This document shows positions 27,838 to 38,661 of a stretch of DNA of 64,000 nt, piece after piece; within the stretch, counting starts at the first letter, position 1, and each line of letters begins with the position of its first letter. Location: positions 7,254 to 71,253 of the IMG/VR virus record IMGVR_UViG_3300017965_000002; one strand, given 5' to 3'. This DNA comes from a virus (Duplodnaviria; Caudoviricetes). The notes beneath the pieces were generated by a model. That model searched no databases. It was given only the letters and a program-made list of their open reading frames with translations, and was not told the origin of the DNA. The position numbers were made by a program, and so were the translations under genes.

Positions 27838-28742
27838 AGCAGATACCCACGCGATTAGGTGCGGATGGCTGCGTACCGTTTATGGACGTTGAGGATACTG
27901 GTTGTTGTCCTCCGCCGTTGTGCGGAAATGATCTCTGCTGTACCTTTGTGGCGTTTTTTAATCTGCTTCCATCCGGACCGGTATGGGATTATTGGAAAGC
28001 TGCGGCAATCAATTATTTCGAGAATAATGAGGATCCGGCAGAATGTCCTCTAATAAAAGATCCGGATTGTCCATCGTTGATTTTACATGCGATTTATACA
28101 GTGCTGAAGTTAAGGGGGCTTATTCATAACGCGCTATGGCCAGCAATACGAGAGAGTAATCCAACTACTGCGATTACGACATTAGATTTTCATTTAGATA
28201 CACTTCGATGGGAAGATTGCCACAATCAACATTGTCGATCAGTTTTGCTTGGCGAATTAACACCTTATGAAGTAATGTCAGACTGCGGTCCGTTATTCTG
28301 TCCAGTTGATTTTCCACCTGAACTGGTGTGCGCTGTTAAGCGTAATGTCGCGATTGCATTAACACGAGCTAACATGGGTGTGATTAAGAATCTGTGCGCT
28401 ATCAATTGGGTGATCGAACCCCTTGGTGCAAAGCTCACTCCAGTTTATCCGCCGCCCGAACCGACGCATCCTATTGTACCTGAGAAGTGTGATCCTGCGC
28501 TTTGTGTTGAAGGAGTTGCATTTCAGATCTGTAACACTAGCGATTGGTTAGAAGGTTGCGATGACGGTGATCTCTGTACCACACAGATGCCGCTACCGAA
28601 GATCCAAGCTTATTGGGATCGTGGCTGCGACAAACCAGCGGGCTTGCCGGATAGGATTTGGCCCGCTGTTCTCGCCGCGGAATGCATCGTTCGTTCGATG
28701 CTGCCGCCAACTTGCCCGTCGAACATAACTCGGTGCTGCTAA
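27831..28742 (+). CDS. baseplate wedge protein (Mu gp48/DUF2313-like), very Cys-rich
   Basis: LLPSGPVW and RESNPTTA.TTLD motifs; position after J. Confidence 0.7.
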   Translation: MLEQIPTRLGADGCVPFMDVEDTGCCPPPLCGNDLCCTFVAFFNLLPSGPVWDYWKAAAINYFENNEDPAECPLIKDPDCPSLILHAIYTVLKLRGLIHNALWPAIRESNPTTAITTLDFHLDTLRWEDCHNQHCRSVLLGELTPYEVMSDCGPLFCPVDFPPELVCAVKRNVAIALTRANMGVIKNLCAINWVIEPLGAKLTPVYPPPEPTHPIVPEKCDPALCVEGVAFQICNTSDWLEGCDDGDLCTTQMPLPKIQAYWDRGCDKPAGLPDRIWPAVLAAECIVRSMLPPTCPSNITRCC

Positions 28743-29272
28743 TGGCTACATCTGTATTTCCAGAAGTTCATGCGGGCGGTCTAGAAGTTCGCGACGGGGC
28801 AGGTAATCCTGCTAATCCAGTTGCTGTCGAGAAAGCCTATTCACCGCTGCCTGCGTTCATTTCGACTTGTCCAATTACTGCTTTACCGAGCGATTGCAAT
28901 GCGCGGATTGAGCCCCGGCAGATTAATGCTATCGTTTCAGAATTGGTTTCGTTTGCTGAATGCTTGGATCCGACTGGACCGTGGGATTGTAACTCACTCA
29001 AGAATCTGTGTGCAGCATTTCAAGAGTGGATGCTGGTTAATATCACCGGAACTATTATTTCAGATACGATACCGCCAGCGCAGCCTAAACCCATCCTGTG
29101 GTGGGAGAGTGATACTGGCAGATTGTTTATCTGGTACGACGATGTTTCGTCTCAGCAATGGGTTCAGGTAGGCGGCCCGAGTAGCATTGCGGTGGATATG
29201 GTCTCTATCATTGGCGCCGGTACCCCATCGAATCCACATGCTGTCGGTTTGGTCGACGGCGGTACATATTAG
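28742..29272 (+). CDS. fibre adaptor protein with WWESD module
   Basis: TAATG start MATSVFPE; LWWESDTG...QWVQ; C-terminal DGGTY. Confidence 0.65.
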   Translation: MATSVFPEVHAGGLEVRDGAGNPANPVAVEKAYSPLPAFISTCPITALPSDCNARIEPRQINAIVSELVSFAECLDPTGPWDCNSLKNLCAAFQEWMLVNITGTIISDTIPPAQPKPILWWESDTGRLFIWYDDVSSQQWVQVGGPSSIAVDMVSIIGAGTPSNPHAVGLVDGGTY

Positions 29273-29283
29273 AGGAGATCACC

Positions 29284-29451
29284 GTGGCTTTTGATTTCCC
29301 AACTAACCCAACATTCGGGCAGGTATATGAACCCGACAATGCCGTTTACACATGGGATGGCGAGAAGTGGATTATGGGTACTATCTTGCCAGCCGCGGTT
29401 GCTGCGGATCAAGATAAATCTATCGATGTGACAACCACTCCGAAACAATAG
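29284..29451 (+). CDS. 55-aa stand-alone MAFDFP fibre module (not in ORF track)
   Basis: GAGGAG RBS, GTG start; MAFDFPTNPTFGQVY...YTWDGEKW matches the N-terminus of 37582. Confidence 0.65.
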   Translation: MAFDFPTNPTFGQVYEPDNAVYTWDGEKWIMGTILPAAVAADQDKSIDVTTTPKQ

Positions 29452-29458
29452 GGATATC

Positions 29459-30394
29459 ATGTCACAGACTGTAATAATCAAACGCACCTTAACACCGGAC
29501 TTGCCGCCGCCGACATTGCAACCCGGTGAACTTGCTGTCGAAATGGCTTCAATACCACCTAAGCTCTGGGTCGGCGTACCAACTAATATCGATCCAGTTG
29601 GTAAGAAGTTATTGTCACCTACTAACGTGACAATAGCGCCTGAGATCAGTTTCTTTCAAAGCAGCGGCACGTTGAAGTTCGTCAGTCGCACCCAACTGTC
29701 GTTCAAGCCGTACAACGGTAACCAGTTGCAAATCGACGGCAAGAACTTCGTCATTCCCGATGCCGGTATTCCGGGCCTGAGCAACGTCGGTCTTGTTGGG
29801 GCAACGCGCTATTACGTTTATGTCTACAACAACGCCGGCGTGTTGACTGCCGAATTCTCGACCGTCGGTCATTCAACCAGTACCAAGCAGGGTAATTCAG
29901 GGACCGAGATTAAGATTGGCGACGATAGCCGTACGCTGATCGGCATGGTCTATACCGGCAGCAACACACAATTCTATGACGAACCGGCGTACCGATTTGT
30001 GCGTTCGTGGTTCAACGATACTGGATTGGCTTGTCTTGCAATGTGGCCGAGCAACCAACTCTGGGCTTCGGTAGGTTGGAATTTGTCTGGATATCCACTT
30101 GCGTTTTTGTCTTGGGCGAACGAGTGGGTCAGTTTTGAATTTAATTCACCTATCTCACCTCAAGCTATCAATGTTGCATTTCAAGGTGTTCTTACACTCG
30201 ATGGCATAAATGTCAGTGTTCAATCTATCGTCTCTATGGCGTCTATTGGATACAATTATCCGTTCTCCGTAGTGCATGACATGCTGGTGACAGAGGGTTA
30301 CCACGTCATGAATATGAACGGCAACTCTGGCGGCAACGCTGTCAATTTCTTTCACGCAGTTCTAATTCTGCGTAACACCGGTTCGGGAGTGTGA
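29459..30394 (+). CDS. tail fibre / receptor-binding protein
   Basis: N-terminal IKR...P..L.PGELA module; beta-rich C-terminus. Confidence 0.7.
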   Translation: MSQTVIIKRTLTPDLPPPTLQPGELAVEMASIPPKLWVGVPTNIDPVGKKLLSPTNVTIAPEISFFQSSGTLKFVSRTQLSFKPYNGNQLQIDGKNFVIPDAGIPGLSNVGLVGATRYYVYVYNNAGVLTAEFSTVGHSTSTKQGNSGTEIKIGDDSRTLIGMVYTGSNTQFYDEPAYRFVRSWFNDTGLACLAMWPSNQLWASVGWNLSGYPLAFLSWANEWVSFEFNSPISPQAINVAFQGVLTLDGINVSVQSIVSMASIGYNYPFSVVHDMLVTEGYHVMNMNGNSGGNAVNFFHAVLILRNTGSGV

Positions 30395-30804
30395 CGATGG
30401 CAATCCTGTACGGACCGACGTTTGCCGATGAAATGTTCGCAGCGGGTTTGCTGCCCGGCGCGACAGTAATGTGGACCGTGGACACGATTGATCGTAGATA
30501 TTTGACACCAGAACAGAACACGTTGCTCGACACTATCATCGCTGCGCATGATCCAACTAAGCAGCGTGCGCCGATTATTCCAACGTCGGAGTTTATCGTA
30601 ATGTTTACCGACAGCGAATATCTGGCGCTGAAGCAGACGCTCCAAAACGACACAACCGGCGGTCCATCTAGAAGTTGGGACAGCGTCACGTCTAATATGC
30701 ACATTGATTTTAACAGTTCCGAAGTGAAGACGCTGATGACGGGATTAGTGTCAAGCGGTGTGCTATCACAATCTAGATCCGACGAAATCGCTCGTTCAAC
30801 TTAG
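30391..30804 (+). CDS. putative fibre assembly chaperone
   Basis: Follows fibre gene; IAAHDPT motif. Confidence 0.55.
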   Translation: MTMAILYGPTFADEMFAAGLLPGATVMWTVDTIDRRYLTPEQNTLLDTIIAAHDPTKQRAPIIPTSEFIVMFTDSEYLALKQTLQNDTTGGPSRSWDSVTSNMHIDFNSSEVKTLMTGLVSSGVLSQSRSDEIARST

Positions 30805-30816
30805 AGAGAAACTCAC

Positions 30817-32163
30817 ATGGCAATGTTTCCAGATAGTGGCGTGCCTCCGGCAGACGCCAAGAATTCTCTCCCCGATGTAGATACTGCGGGGTGCGACGAA
30901 TTGTGGTATTCGACCTCACGTTGTCAACCACGGTTTGATCCTGCTGCCGCTAATGCCATGTTGGCGGAACAGATGAATCTCATTATGAAAGGTGAGGTTC
31001 AGTATAAGTGTCCGGATTTGAACAATGTCGAATTAGCTACGCGATATATTATTCAACGTGGACTTCAGACTGGAGGTATCGCGCAGGCTGGACCGTTCGA
31101 TTATCTGCTTACGTTAGATCCGCCGTTGACACGTTACAACAATTATCTAACGTTGATTATCGTCCCCGCTAGCGACAATCAAGGTGCGGTACGCATTAAC
31201 GTCAATGGTAAGGGGTTGGTACCGATTCTGCGCAATGACGGGCAGCAACTGAAGTTTGGCGATATGCTGGTTAACCGGCCGGCGTTGATTAGTTACTGGT
31301 CCGGTGCTTTCTACATGGTGGGATTGGTCTCATCACAAGTTCTCAAACTCAGTCCGGCGCTCGAATTTTGGATCAGAACTGACGGCAACGACAGTACCGG
31401 AGACGGCACCGCCAACACGGCGGCAAAGGCGTTTCGCACTATCGCCGGATGCTGGTATGCAGTCGGCTCGCGCTACGCGGCAACACCGACGTTTGCCATT
31501 CATATGAAGCTCGGCATCCCCGGAACTTACGAAGGAACAAATCTTGGACCGTTCGGCGGCAACGTTTCTTTGACTGGCGACGAAGCCAATCCGTCAGCAT
31601 ACCGGATTAGCGGCGTCATCTTTTATCCTGGCATGTATGGAGCACTATGGATTAGTGGCATCGCGTCAATGTTTGTCCGAGGCGTTAGCCTTTTGATGGA
31701 TCGCGGACCGCCGGATAAGTGTGGCGGACTAATATGTGTTGATTCCAATGTTGGTCTGCTCAATAGCCGGATCGAAGTTTTGGTGTCAAATTCCAACTGG
31801 GGTTCTGCTGCCATTGGCTGCACCAACAGTATTTTTGGACTTATGAAGGGAACGGTTCACGTTGTCGGCAACGGCAACACGCTCGGACAAATTTTGATAG
31901 CCACTAACAACGGTTCGTATCGAGGAGCGTGGATCATCGAAGGTGAAGTTTCCACCCTTCTTCTTGATAACATTGTAGTATCTCAAGAAGCACTTAGCTG
32001 TGCGGCGCTATCAACCATGCATCTTGGAAACGTAACGTTTCTCAATAACGTGACGGGGCGAACATACAATGTTACTGAGAACTCTATCATCAGCATGAAT
32101 GGTAAAACGCCGCCCGGTACAGTGCAAGGTGTGGCATCCAGTGGCGGCATCTTTATCCCTTAA
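30817..32163 (+). CDS. tail spike/fibre with beta-helix-like C-terminus
   Basis: N-terminus related to 28742; RTDGND.TGDGT...AFRTI motif. Confidence 0.7.
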   Translation: MAMFPDSGVPPADAKNSLPDVDTAGCDELWYSTSRCQPRFDPAAANAMLAEQMNLIMKGEVQYKCPDLNNVELATRYIIQRGLQTGGIAQAGPFDYLLTLDPPLTRYNNYLTLIIVPASDNQGAVRINVNGKGLVPILRNDGQQLKFGDMLVNRPALISYWSGAFYMVGLVSSQVLKLSPALEFWIRTDGNDSTGDGTANTAAKAFRTIAGCWYAVGSRYAATPTFAIHMKLGIPGTYEGTNLGPFGGNVSLTGDEANPSAYRISGVIFYPGMYGALWISGIASMFVRGVSLLMDRGPPDKCGGLICVDSNVGLLNSRIEVLVSNSNWGSAAIGCTNSIFGLMKGTVHVVGNGNTLGQILIATNNGSYRGAWIIEGEVSTLLLDNIVVSQEALSCAALSTMHLGNVTFLNNVTGRTYNVTENSIISMNGKTPPGTVQGVASSGGIFIP

Positions 32164-32175
32164 AGGACAGTGATC

Positions 32176-32355
32176 ATGGCGGACACAGTTGAAACATTGC
32201 GCACCGAACTCGATGCGTTGCGTGCCGAGTTCAACACACTCAAAGCACAGGCTCAGCCGGTGATTGATAATCATAAACCGATATCACCGCCGGAAAATTA
32301 CGGGTCGATTGCTGTACCGCAGTTTATGTTAAAACCCTATATACCAAATCCATGA
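32176..32355 (+). CDS. hypothetical protein
   Basis: AAAGGA RBS; short coiled coil. Confidence 0.55.
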   Translation: MADTVETLRTELDALRAEFNTLKAQAQPVIDNHKPISPPENYGSIAVPQFMLKPYIPNP

Positions 32356-32356
32356 T

Positions 32357-32677
32357 ATGGGCAAGCTAGTCGCATTGCCACTTGTCATTGTGTTGGGATT
32401 AATGTTGCTTGACTATTTTCAAGTGGTCGACTTTGCACGGTCGCAAGCCGTACCTGCTTGCGTCAGTGCTCAAGATCAGGAGTATATTCGCGCGTTGACC
32501 AATTCGGCTATTGACAGCGCATTTCAAGCGCATGTTATGAAATTGTACGATGTGTGGTTGAAGGATTACAGTCCGGAACCGAAACGAGCTATGGGTGGAA
32601 TGGCTAATGGGATCAGTGCGTATCAACGTGCTTACGCTAATGCGAAACAATGGCAACCACAGGTGTGTCCTAAATGA
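32357..32677 (+). CDS. membrane-anchored hypothetical protein next to endolysin
   Basis: N-terminal TM helix, helical soluble domain; ATGA coupled to endolysin. Confidence 0.6.
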   Translation: MGKLVALPLVIVLGLMLLDYFQVVDFARSQAVPACVSAQDQEYIRALTNSAIDSAFQAHVMKLYDVWLKDYSPEPKRAMGGMANGISAYQRAYANAKQWQPQVCPK

Positions 32678-33231
32678 GTCGCGGTTTCAATAAGGATGTC
32701 TTTTTTGAATATGTTCGCGAGTACCTGTTCGATGGTGTGTTGAGTCAAGAGCAGGTCACCGGGATGAATTTTATCTTGCGCGAATGGCGCAGACGTTACG
32801 GCTTCGGTGGCGATCATCGAAAGCTCGCTTATATGTTGGCGACAACTTATCATGAATGTGCATTTCGAATGGTGCCAATTACCGAATACGGCTCGCAAGC
32901 ATATCTAGAGGCAAAGGATTACTATCCGTATATCGGTCGGGGTTTCGTTCAATTGACATGGTTAGATAATTACAAAAAAGGTAGTGAAGTATGCGATGAG
33001 AATCTAGTCGACTATCCGGATATGGCGCTGATTCCAGATCTCGCTGCCATTATCATGTTTGACGGTATGGAAGCGGGTTGGTTTACAGGTAAATCGCTTA
33101 GTGAATATTTTAATGATACTGTAGATGACCCCTACAATGCGCGTCGTGTCATTAATGGTACCGATCGCGCTACCGAGATCTCTGAATATCATAAACACTT
33201 TCTTACCGCTATAACCGAAGCAGTGAGGTGA
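32674..33231 (+). CDS. endolysin, glycoside hydrolase family 19-like
   Basis: AYMLATTYHE, YIGRGFVQLTW..NY, GWFTGK, ARRVING. Confidence 0.9.
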   Translation: MSRGFNKDVFFEYVREYLFDGVLSQEQVTGMNFILREWRRRYGFGGDHRKLAYMLATTYHECAFRMVPITEYGSQAYLEAKDYYPYIGRGFVQLTWLDNYKKGSEVCDENLVDYPDMALIPDLAAIIMFDGMEAGWFTGKSLSEYFNDTVDDPYNARRVINGTDRATEISEYHKHFLTAITEAVR

Positions 33232-33234
33232 ATT

Positions 33235-33504
33235 ATGCCTGGTGTCACCACTAAGATTGAAGAAACTGTAATAACCGGAGACGAGTTGTTGGTTCAAGTG
33301 CCTAATATTAAGCATGGTGATGTTGATGCCGATACGCTGAGTCTGGTTGTCAACGATGAAGAAATTTCAGAAGACGAAGTTGATTTTACTATTGATGTCA
33401 GTAAAGAAACAATCTGCATCAAAAACCTTACTGATCATGATTGGGAAGTTGATGATGTTGTTACGTTGGCATGGCACAAAATCGGGGAACTAAACAACGC
33501 TTAG
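33235..33504 (+). CDS. acidic hypothetical protein
   Basis: GAGGTG RBS; 89 aa. Confidence 0.6.
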   Translation: MPGVTTKIEETVITGDELLVQVPNIKHGDVDADTLSLVVNDEEISEDEVDFTIDVSKETICIKNLTDHDWEVDDVVTLAWHKIGELNNA

Positions 33505-33520
33505 GAACGTTGTAATCACA

Positions 33521-34165
33521 ATGGCAGATCCTGAAGTTTATCCGCTCGATCGAGCAACTAAGAATCCTGAGACTGGTGAACCGATCCAGCGAGCGATCTT
33601 TACCAATTATAATGACCAGATGAAGATTCTGGCTGACGGCAAGACGCTTGTCGGTCGTAGTCTAGATGATAGAAATATAGCTGAGGCTATTAAAGTTCAA
33701 TCTCCATTGTGGTTGAAGAATGGAATTCTAGGTAGTGAAGGCGGTACCGGCGGTGGCGAACCAGGTCCACCTGGACCACAAGGTCCTGTTGGTCCTCAAG
33801 GACCTAAAGGTGATACCGGTGCAGCTTCGACAGTTCCCGGGCCCCCGGGTGCAACTGGTCCCCAAGGTCCAATAGGTCCACAAGGCATACCCGGCGAAGA
33901 CGGCGGTGCTGGAGTTTGGATTGGCGACACGCCGCCCACATCGCCAGCGCAAGGCGATGTGTGGTGGGAGAGTGATAGTGGTAGTACATACATCTGGTAT
34001 ATAGATCCAGGTGGAGCGCCGGGACAATGGGTGCAAACTAACAGCGTTGGCGTGAGCGGCATACCCGAAGCACCATTGGATGGCATCACCTACGGACGGC
34101 AGAACTCATCGTGGACGCACGTTTTAATGGCGTCAGGAGATATCGTGGACGGAGGCAATTTCTAA
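33521..34165 (+). CDS. collagen-like fibre protein
   Basis: G-X-Y repeats, WWESD module, PEAP.DG..YGR module, C-terminal DGGNF. Confidence 0.8.
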   Translation: MADPEVYPLDRATKNPETGEPIQRAIFTNYNDQMKILADGKTLVGRSLDDRNIAEAIKVQSPLWLKNGILGSEGGTGGGEPGPPGPQGPVGPQGPKGDTGAASTVPGPPGATGPQGPIGPQGIPGEDGGAGVWIGDTPPTSPAQGDVWWESDSGSTYIWYIDPGGAPGQWVQTNSVGVSGIPEAPLDGITYGRQNSSWTHVLMASGDIVDGGNF

Positions 34166-35656
34166 ATGGCTGACGTACTCAGAATTAAACGGAGAACAGG
34201 TGGCGCTGTTGGCGCTCCGTCTAGTCTTGCGAATGCCGAGTTAGCCTACAATGAAATGGATCATACGCTCTACATCGGTGAGGGCACCGGTGGGGCTGGT
34301 GGTACTGCGTCTGTTATCCGCGCTATTGCAGGTGATGGACTTGTCGCTAACACTCAACCTCTTGACGCTGATCTTACGGCGATTGCTGCTCTCGCAGGCA
34401 TAAATGTTATCTACTATCGATCGGCTGCAAATACTTGGTCACCCGTTATAATCGGCGCGAACCTAACGTTCGCAGGTGGCACATTAGCAGCCGCAGCAGG
34501 AATCGCGGAAGCACCGTCCGACGGCAAATACTACGGACGCTTTAATACGATATGGTCCGATCTCGGGTTGCGCTATCAACCGCTCGATGCAGACTTGACA
34601 TCGCTGGCAGCGATGAGTGCGACCGGCGTTCTTGTTTATCGATCAGCCGCCGACACATGGGGATCTGTCACTATCGGCGCAGGATTAAGTTTCTCTGCCG
34701 GTACATTGATGGCTACTGGTGGTGGAGGTAACGTCAGCAATAGTGGTACGCCAGTCAATCTCCAACTCGCACAATGGATTAATTCTAATCAAATCCAAGG
34801 TATTAATATCGGCTCGCTATCCTTGAGCGTGTGGGGTCTGCCGACAGCAGACGTACCGTGGAACAGTAAAAAGATCACCGGTCTGCTCGATCCGAGTAGC
34901 CCGCAGGACGCAGCAACTAAAAATTACGTTGATGGAATAGCGCAGGGAATTGATGCGAAGCAATCTGTGCGGGTGGCTTCAACCGGCAACCTCGCACTAT
35001 CCGGTACGGGGCCAGTAGATGGTTTAACGCCGGTCGTTGGCGACAGAGTTCTAGTCAAAGACCAAGCAGCGCCCGCTGCCAATGGAGTTTACATAGTCGC
35101 GTCCGGTGCATGGACACGCGCACCCGATGCTGACACTTGGGCGGAATTGCCAGCAGCGTATGTCTTTGTCGAGGAAGGCACTGTTAATGCCGACAGCGGT
35201 TGGGTCTGCACTGTCAATGCTGGCGGTACGTTGGGAACAACGCCGGTCACATGGGCGCAATTCTCCGGTGCCGGGTCGATCACAGCTGGCGCCGGCTTAA
35301 CCAAGACCGGTAATCAGTTAGATGTCGTCGGCACAGCGGGACGAATTTCAGTCGCTGCGGATACTGTTGATATCGACGCCGCCTATGTCGGGCAGACCTC
35401 GATCACAACGCTGGGCACGGTCGCAACTGGGACATGGAACGCCACAACAATCAGTGTGGCTAAAGGTGGAACAGGGGCAGTGACATTTACAGCCGGTTAT
35501 CTTAAAGCAAGTGGCACGACACCATTCACAACGGTTGCAACAATTCCGAATTCCGATATTACTGGACTTGGTACGATGGCGGCACAGAACGCCAACGCTG
35601 TTGCGATTACGGGCGGAACCATTGACGGAATTACCTTTGATATGGGTACGTTCTAA
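34166..35656 (+). CDS. long fibre protein
   Basis: IKRR N-terminal module; QPLDADLT repeat x2; GDRVLVKDQ...NGVY...WTRA.DAD domain. Confidence 0.8.
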   Translation: MADVLRIKRRTGGAVGAPSSLANAELAYNEMDHTLYIGEGTGGAGGTASVIRAIAGDGLVANTQPLDADLTAIAALAGINVIYYRSAANTWSPVIIGANLTFAGGTLAAAAGIAEAPSDGKYYGRFNTIWSDLGLRYQPLDADLTSLAAMSATGVLVYRSAADTWGSVTIGAGLSFSAGTLMATGGGGNVSNSGTPVNLQLAQWINSNQIQGINIGSLSLSVWGLPTADVPWNSKKITGLLDPSSPQDAATKNYVDGIAQGIDAKQSVRVASTGNLALSGTGPVDGLTPVVGDRVLVKDQAAPAANGVYIVASGAWTRAPDADTWAELPAAYVFVEEGTVNADSGWVCTVNAGGTLGTTPVTWAQFSGAGSITAGAGLTKTGNQLDVVGTAGRISVAADTVDIDAAYVGQTSITTLGTVATGTWNATTISVAKGGTGAVTFTAGYLKASGTTPFTTVATIPNSDITGLGTMAAQNANAVAITGGTIDGITFDMGTF

Positions 35657-37314
35657 TGGTGGATATACTTCGCATCAAGCGCCGTTCCGCAGCGGGCGCG
35701 GCCGGAGCACCAGCTTCGTTAGCAGCCGCTGAAATTGCATACAACGAGAAGGATGATATTCTCTATTACGGTAAAGGAAATAGTAGTGGTCTTGCAACAA
35801 GCATAATTCCAATTGGTGGTCCCGGTGCTTTTAATCCTCTTAACACTCCAGCTCTTGCATCTGTCTCGGATAGTGCTCCCGTTGCACCGAAGGATGGTCA
35901 ATTGTGGTGGGAGAGTGATACCGGCAACACTTATGTCTGGTATATAGATCCCGGTGGAGCACCCGGCCAATGGATACAGGTTACTAATACGCAAAGCATT
36001 GTCGGCCCGCAAGGACCGCAAGGTGATCCTGGTCCAGTAGGACCGCAGGGTGTCGTCGGCCCAACAGGACCAGAAGGGCCTGATGGTCCGCAAGGAATAC
36101 AGGGCAACATGGGTCCACAAGGACCACAGGGGCCTGCTGGTGCTGGATCTCCAGGTACTGCTCCGCCTCTTATGGACAGCGTGGCGACAATCGGCACGTC
36201 AACCTTGTTCTCGCGTGAGGATCACAAACATCCAAGCGATACGTCTAGAGCGCCGCTTGACGCGCTCGCCTACAGCGGGATGCAAGTCAACGGATCGATG
36301 GATGTCAGTCAGGAACGGGGCAACACCGCATTTGTAATTCCTGCTTCAGCGTATGCGGGCGATAATTGGGTGGTTGGTTCAAACGGGGCACAAAATGTCG
36401 GCTGCTATCCACAAGGCAATGGTGCTTCACCGCCCGGCATCACTCAGCATTTGTGTATCTACACCAACACTGCAAATGCAGCGCCAACAGCGGCAAATCA
36501 TGTTTTAATTTATCAGCCCATTGAAGGTTACCGTGTTGCCCGTCTAGCTTGGGGAACGGCCAATGCTTCACCCATCACGTTAGGTTTTTGGGTTCATTCT
36601 GCTGCTCGAGCAGGATTGGCTTCCGGTTCGATCCGCAATGCTGCGACCAGTCGTTCATATCCTTTTTCATTTACGATCAACGCGGCAAACACTTGGGAGT
36701 ATAAGACAGTCACCATACCGGGAGACACCACAGGGACATGGGAAATAACTACCGGCATTGGAATGTTTGTAACTTTTGCCGTCATGGCTGGATCGTCGTG
36801 GTTGACGACAGCGGGTGCGTGGACTGCCGGTAGTTTCCTTGGCGCGACAGGCACAACGAATTTTGTTGCTGCCACAAGTGATCTCTATCGGGTCACGGGC
36901 GTTGTTGTTCTCCCTGGTATCGTTGCACCGACCGCCGCGCAGTCGCCGCTCATCATGCGGCCCTACGATGTAGAACTGCAATTGTGTCAGCGATATTTTT
37001 ACAAGCGCGTTTATGCAAATGCCACCACTTGGATTGGGCAGATGCAGGCATACTCGACAGCGGCAGCTTCTGGAAAACTGTTTGATCTCCCTGTCACGAT
37101 GCGTGCAGCACCCAGCGTAACGCCGGGCGGATCATTTGCCGTATATAATGCGGCTGGTTCTGGTTTTGCGGTCAACGCAGGAACATACGGTTCGTCACCG
37201 GACATGGTGTGGGGATCAAATCTTGGAGGAGCTACTTTTCGGGCGGGTGACGCCGTGCTGTTCAGCAATACAACTGCAAACGCTTTCCACTCAATGAGCG
37301 CAAGACTGATATGA
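35656..37314 (+). CDS. collagen-like tail fibre with C-terminal receptor-binding domain
   Basis: IKRR module, WWESD module, G-X-Y repeats, ELQLCQRYF motif. Confidence 0.8.
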   Translation: MVDILRIKRRSAAGAAGAPASLAAAEIAYNEKDDILYYGKGNSSGLATSIIPIGGPGAFNPLNTPALASVSDSAPVAPKDGQLWWESDTGNTYVWYIDPGGAPGQWIQVTNTQSIVGPQGPQGDPGPVGPQGVVGPTGPEGPDGPQGIQGNMGPQGPQGPAGAGSPGTAPPLMDSVATIGTSTLFSREDHKHPSDTSRAPLDALAYSGMQVNGSMDVSQERGNTAFVIPASAYAGDNWVVGSNGAQNVGCYPQGNGASPPGITQHLCIYTNTANAAPTAANHVLIYQPIEGYRVARLAWGTANASPITLGFWVHSAARAGLASGSIRNAATSRSYPFSFTINAANTWEYKTVTIPGDTTGTWEITTGIGMFVTFAVMAGSSWLTTAGAWTAGSFLGATGTTNFVAATSDLYRVTGVVVLPGIVAPTAAQSPLIMRPYDVELQLCQRYFYKRVYANATTWIGQMQAYSTAAASGKLFDLPVTMRAAPSVTPGGSFAVYNAAGSGFAVNAGTYGSSPDMVWGSNLGGATFRAGDAVLFSNTTANAFHSMSARLI

Positions 37315-37592
37315 GCGAGTACCAACTTACTAATACGCCAACCGTAATCCGCATCGCAGACGGCGTACACATTCCCGACGATCCCGCTAATCGTGATCGC
37401 ATTGAGTACGAATTGTGGCTCGACGATGGCGGTGTACCTGATTCCTACGTTCCGCCACTTGCAGTTCCACCAACACCAACATCTATACAGACAATTTTAT
37501 TTGATCACGAAAATCGTTTACGTTCGCAGGAGGGTCTACCATTGTTAACGTTCAAAGAATTTATTGCGGGAGCAAAACTCGATGGCCTTTGA
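37311..37592 (+). CDS. fibre assembly chaperone
   Basis: [20 protein letters not shown] motif after fibre. Confidence 0.65.
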   Translation: MSEYQLTNTPTVIRIADGVHIPDDPANRDRIEYELWLDDGGVPDSYVPPLAVPPTPTSIQTILFDHENRLRSQEGLPLLTFKEFIAGAKLDGL

Positions 37593-38652
37593 TTTTCCTG
37601 CTTCACCAATCGAGGGCCAAACGTTCACGCCTCCTGGCGGGCCTAGTTACATCTATCATGCTCCGGCTTGGCAGTTGGTGTCGTCATCAAGCGGTGGTGG
37701 CGGCGGCATTCCAGACGCGCCCTCTGATGGCTCGCTCTATGGACGTCTGTCGGGGATCTGGTCAAAAGGCGTGAAGCTGGCTGGCGATACGATGACCGGT
37801 CTGCTGACATTGTCTGGAGCGCCGACAGCCGCTCTTCATGCCGCCACTAAAGCGTATGCTGATACTAAGGTGCCGATTGTTGGAACCACCACCATCACAG
37901 GTGGGATAACTCTTACAGGCGGGTTGGCAGTCGGCACCAACATGACTGTTGGCACTTCGATACAAGCAGGCACTTCAATATCGGCAAACGGCAGAGTAAA
38001 ATCCAACGAAGCTGGAGGTTTCTTTGCCGATGACACAGGTAGCTTTTTTGGGTTTAACGGAGATGCTTCTTATCGACAGTTCTATTTCAACAGCGTGGCG
38101 TTATGGCAATTCAATAAAGCTACTGCTGATCTTATGTATATCGCTTCTCCGTACAACATGCTACATCTACGATATGCTGACAACGCTATGGTTCTGTCGG
38201 GCTACGCCTACAAGCCGGGCGGCGGCGCGTTTCTCGACGCATCCGATGCCCGCATCAAGACCGTCGAGGGCGACTACACGCGGGGGCTTGAAGATGTCGC
38301 GCAGCTTCGTCCGGTCCTCTACACCTACAAGGGCAACGACACGTCCGATGCCCCGGCACATCTCAGAACCGGCATTACAGAGGAGGACGTCAAGAAGTCT
38401 AAGGAAGCTCTTGTCGTTCCCTATCCAAACAGTCCGCATCATGCTGCGGCGCAGCAGAGTAGAAAATTCACCGGCTTAGTCGCGCAGGAGGTCGAAACAA
38501 TTATTCCCGAGATGGTAAAGCAACGCAACGGCTACATCGATGGTGCTGCGGTTACCGATTTACGCGATCTCGACACCACACCTTTGATCTTTGCGCTGGT
38601 CAATGCTGTTAAGGAATTGAAACTGAGAGTTGAAGAACTCGAAACACGATAG
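37582..38652 (+). CDS. tail fibre with C-terminal peptidase S74 intramolecular chaperone
   Basis: SDARIK...L..LRPV.Y...GLVAQEV...P.MV...LVNAVKEL. Confidence 0.85.
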   Translation: MAFDFPASPIEGQTFTPPGGPSYIYHAPAWQLVSSSSGGGGGIPDAPSDGSLYGRLSGIWSKGVKLAGDTMTGLLTLSGAPTAALHAATKAYADTKVPIVGTTTITGGITLTGGLAVGTNMTVGTSIQAGTSISANGRVKSNEAGGFFADDTGSFFGFNGDASYRQFYFNSVALWQFNKATADLMYIASPYNMLHLRYADNAMVLSGYAYKPGGGAFLDASDARIKTVEGDYTRGLEDVAQLRPVLYTYKGNDTSDAPAHLRTGITEEDVKKSKEALVVPYPNSPHHAAAQQSRKFTGLVAQEVETIIPEMVKQRNGYIDGAAVTDLRDLDTTPLIFALVNAVKELKLRVEELETR

Positions 38653-38661
38653 GAGACTATC

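Noticed and set aside
7300-38036. Numerous - strand ORFs within the late operon
   Set aside because: Antisense shadows of well-supported structural genes.
28742-38652. Diversity-generating retroelement acting on fibres
   Set aside because: No reverse transcriptase in the window, and repeat differences are not confined to adenines.
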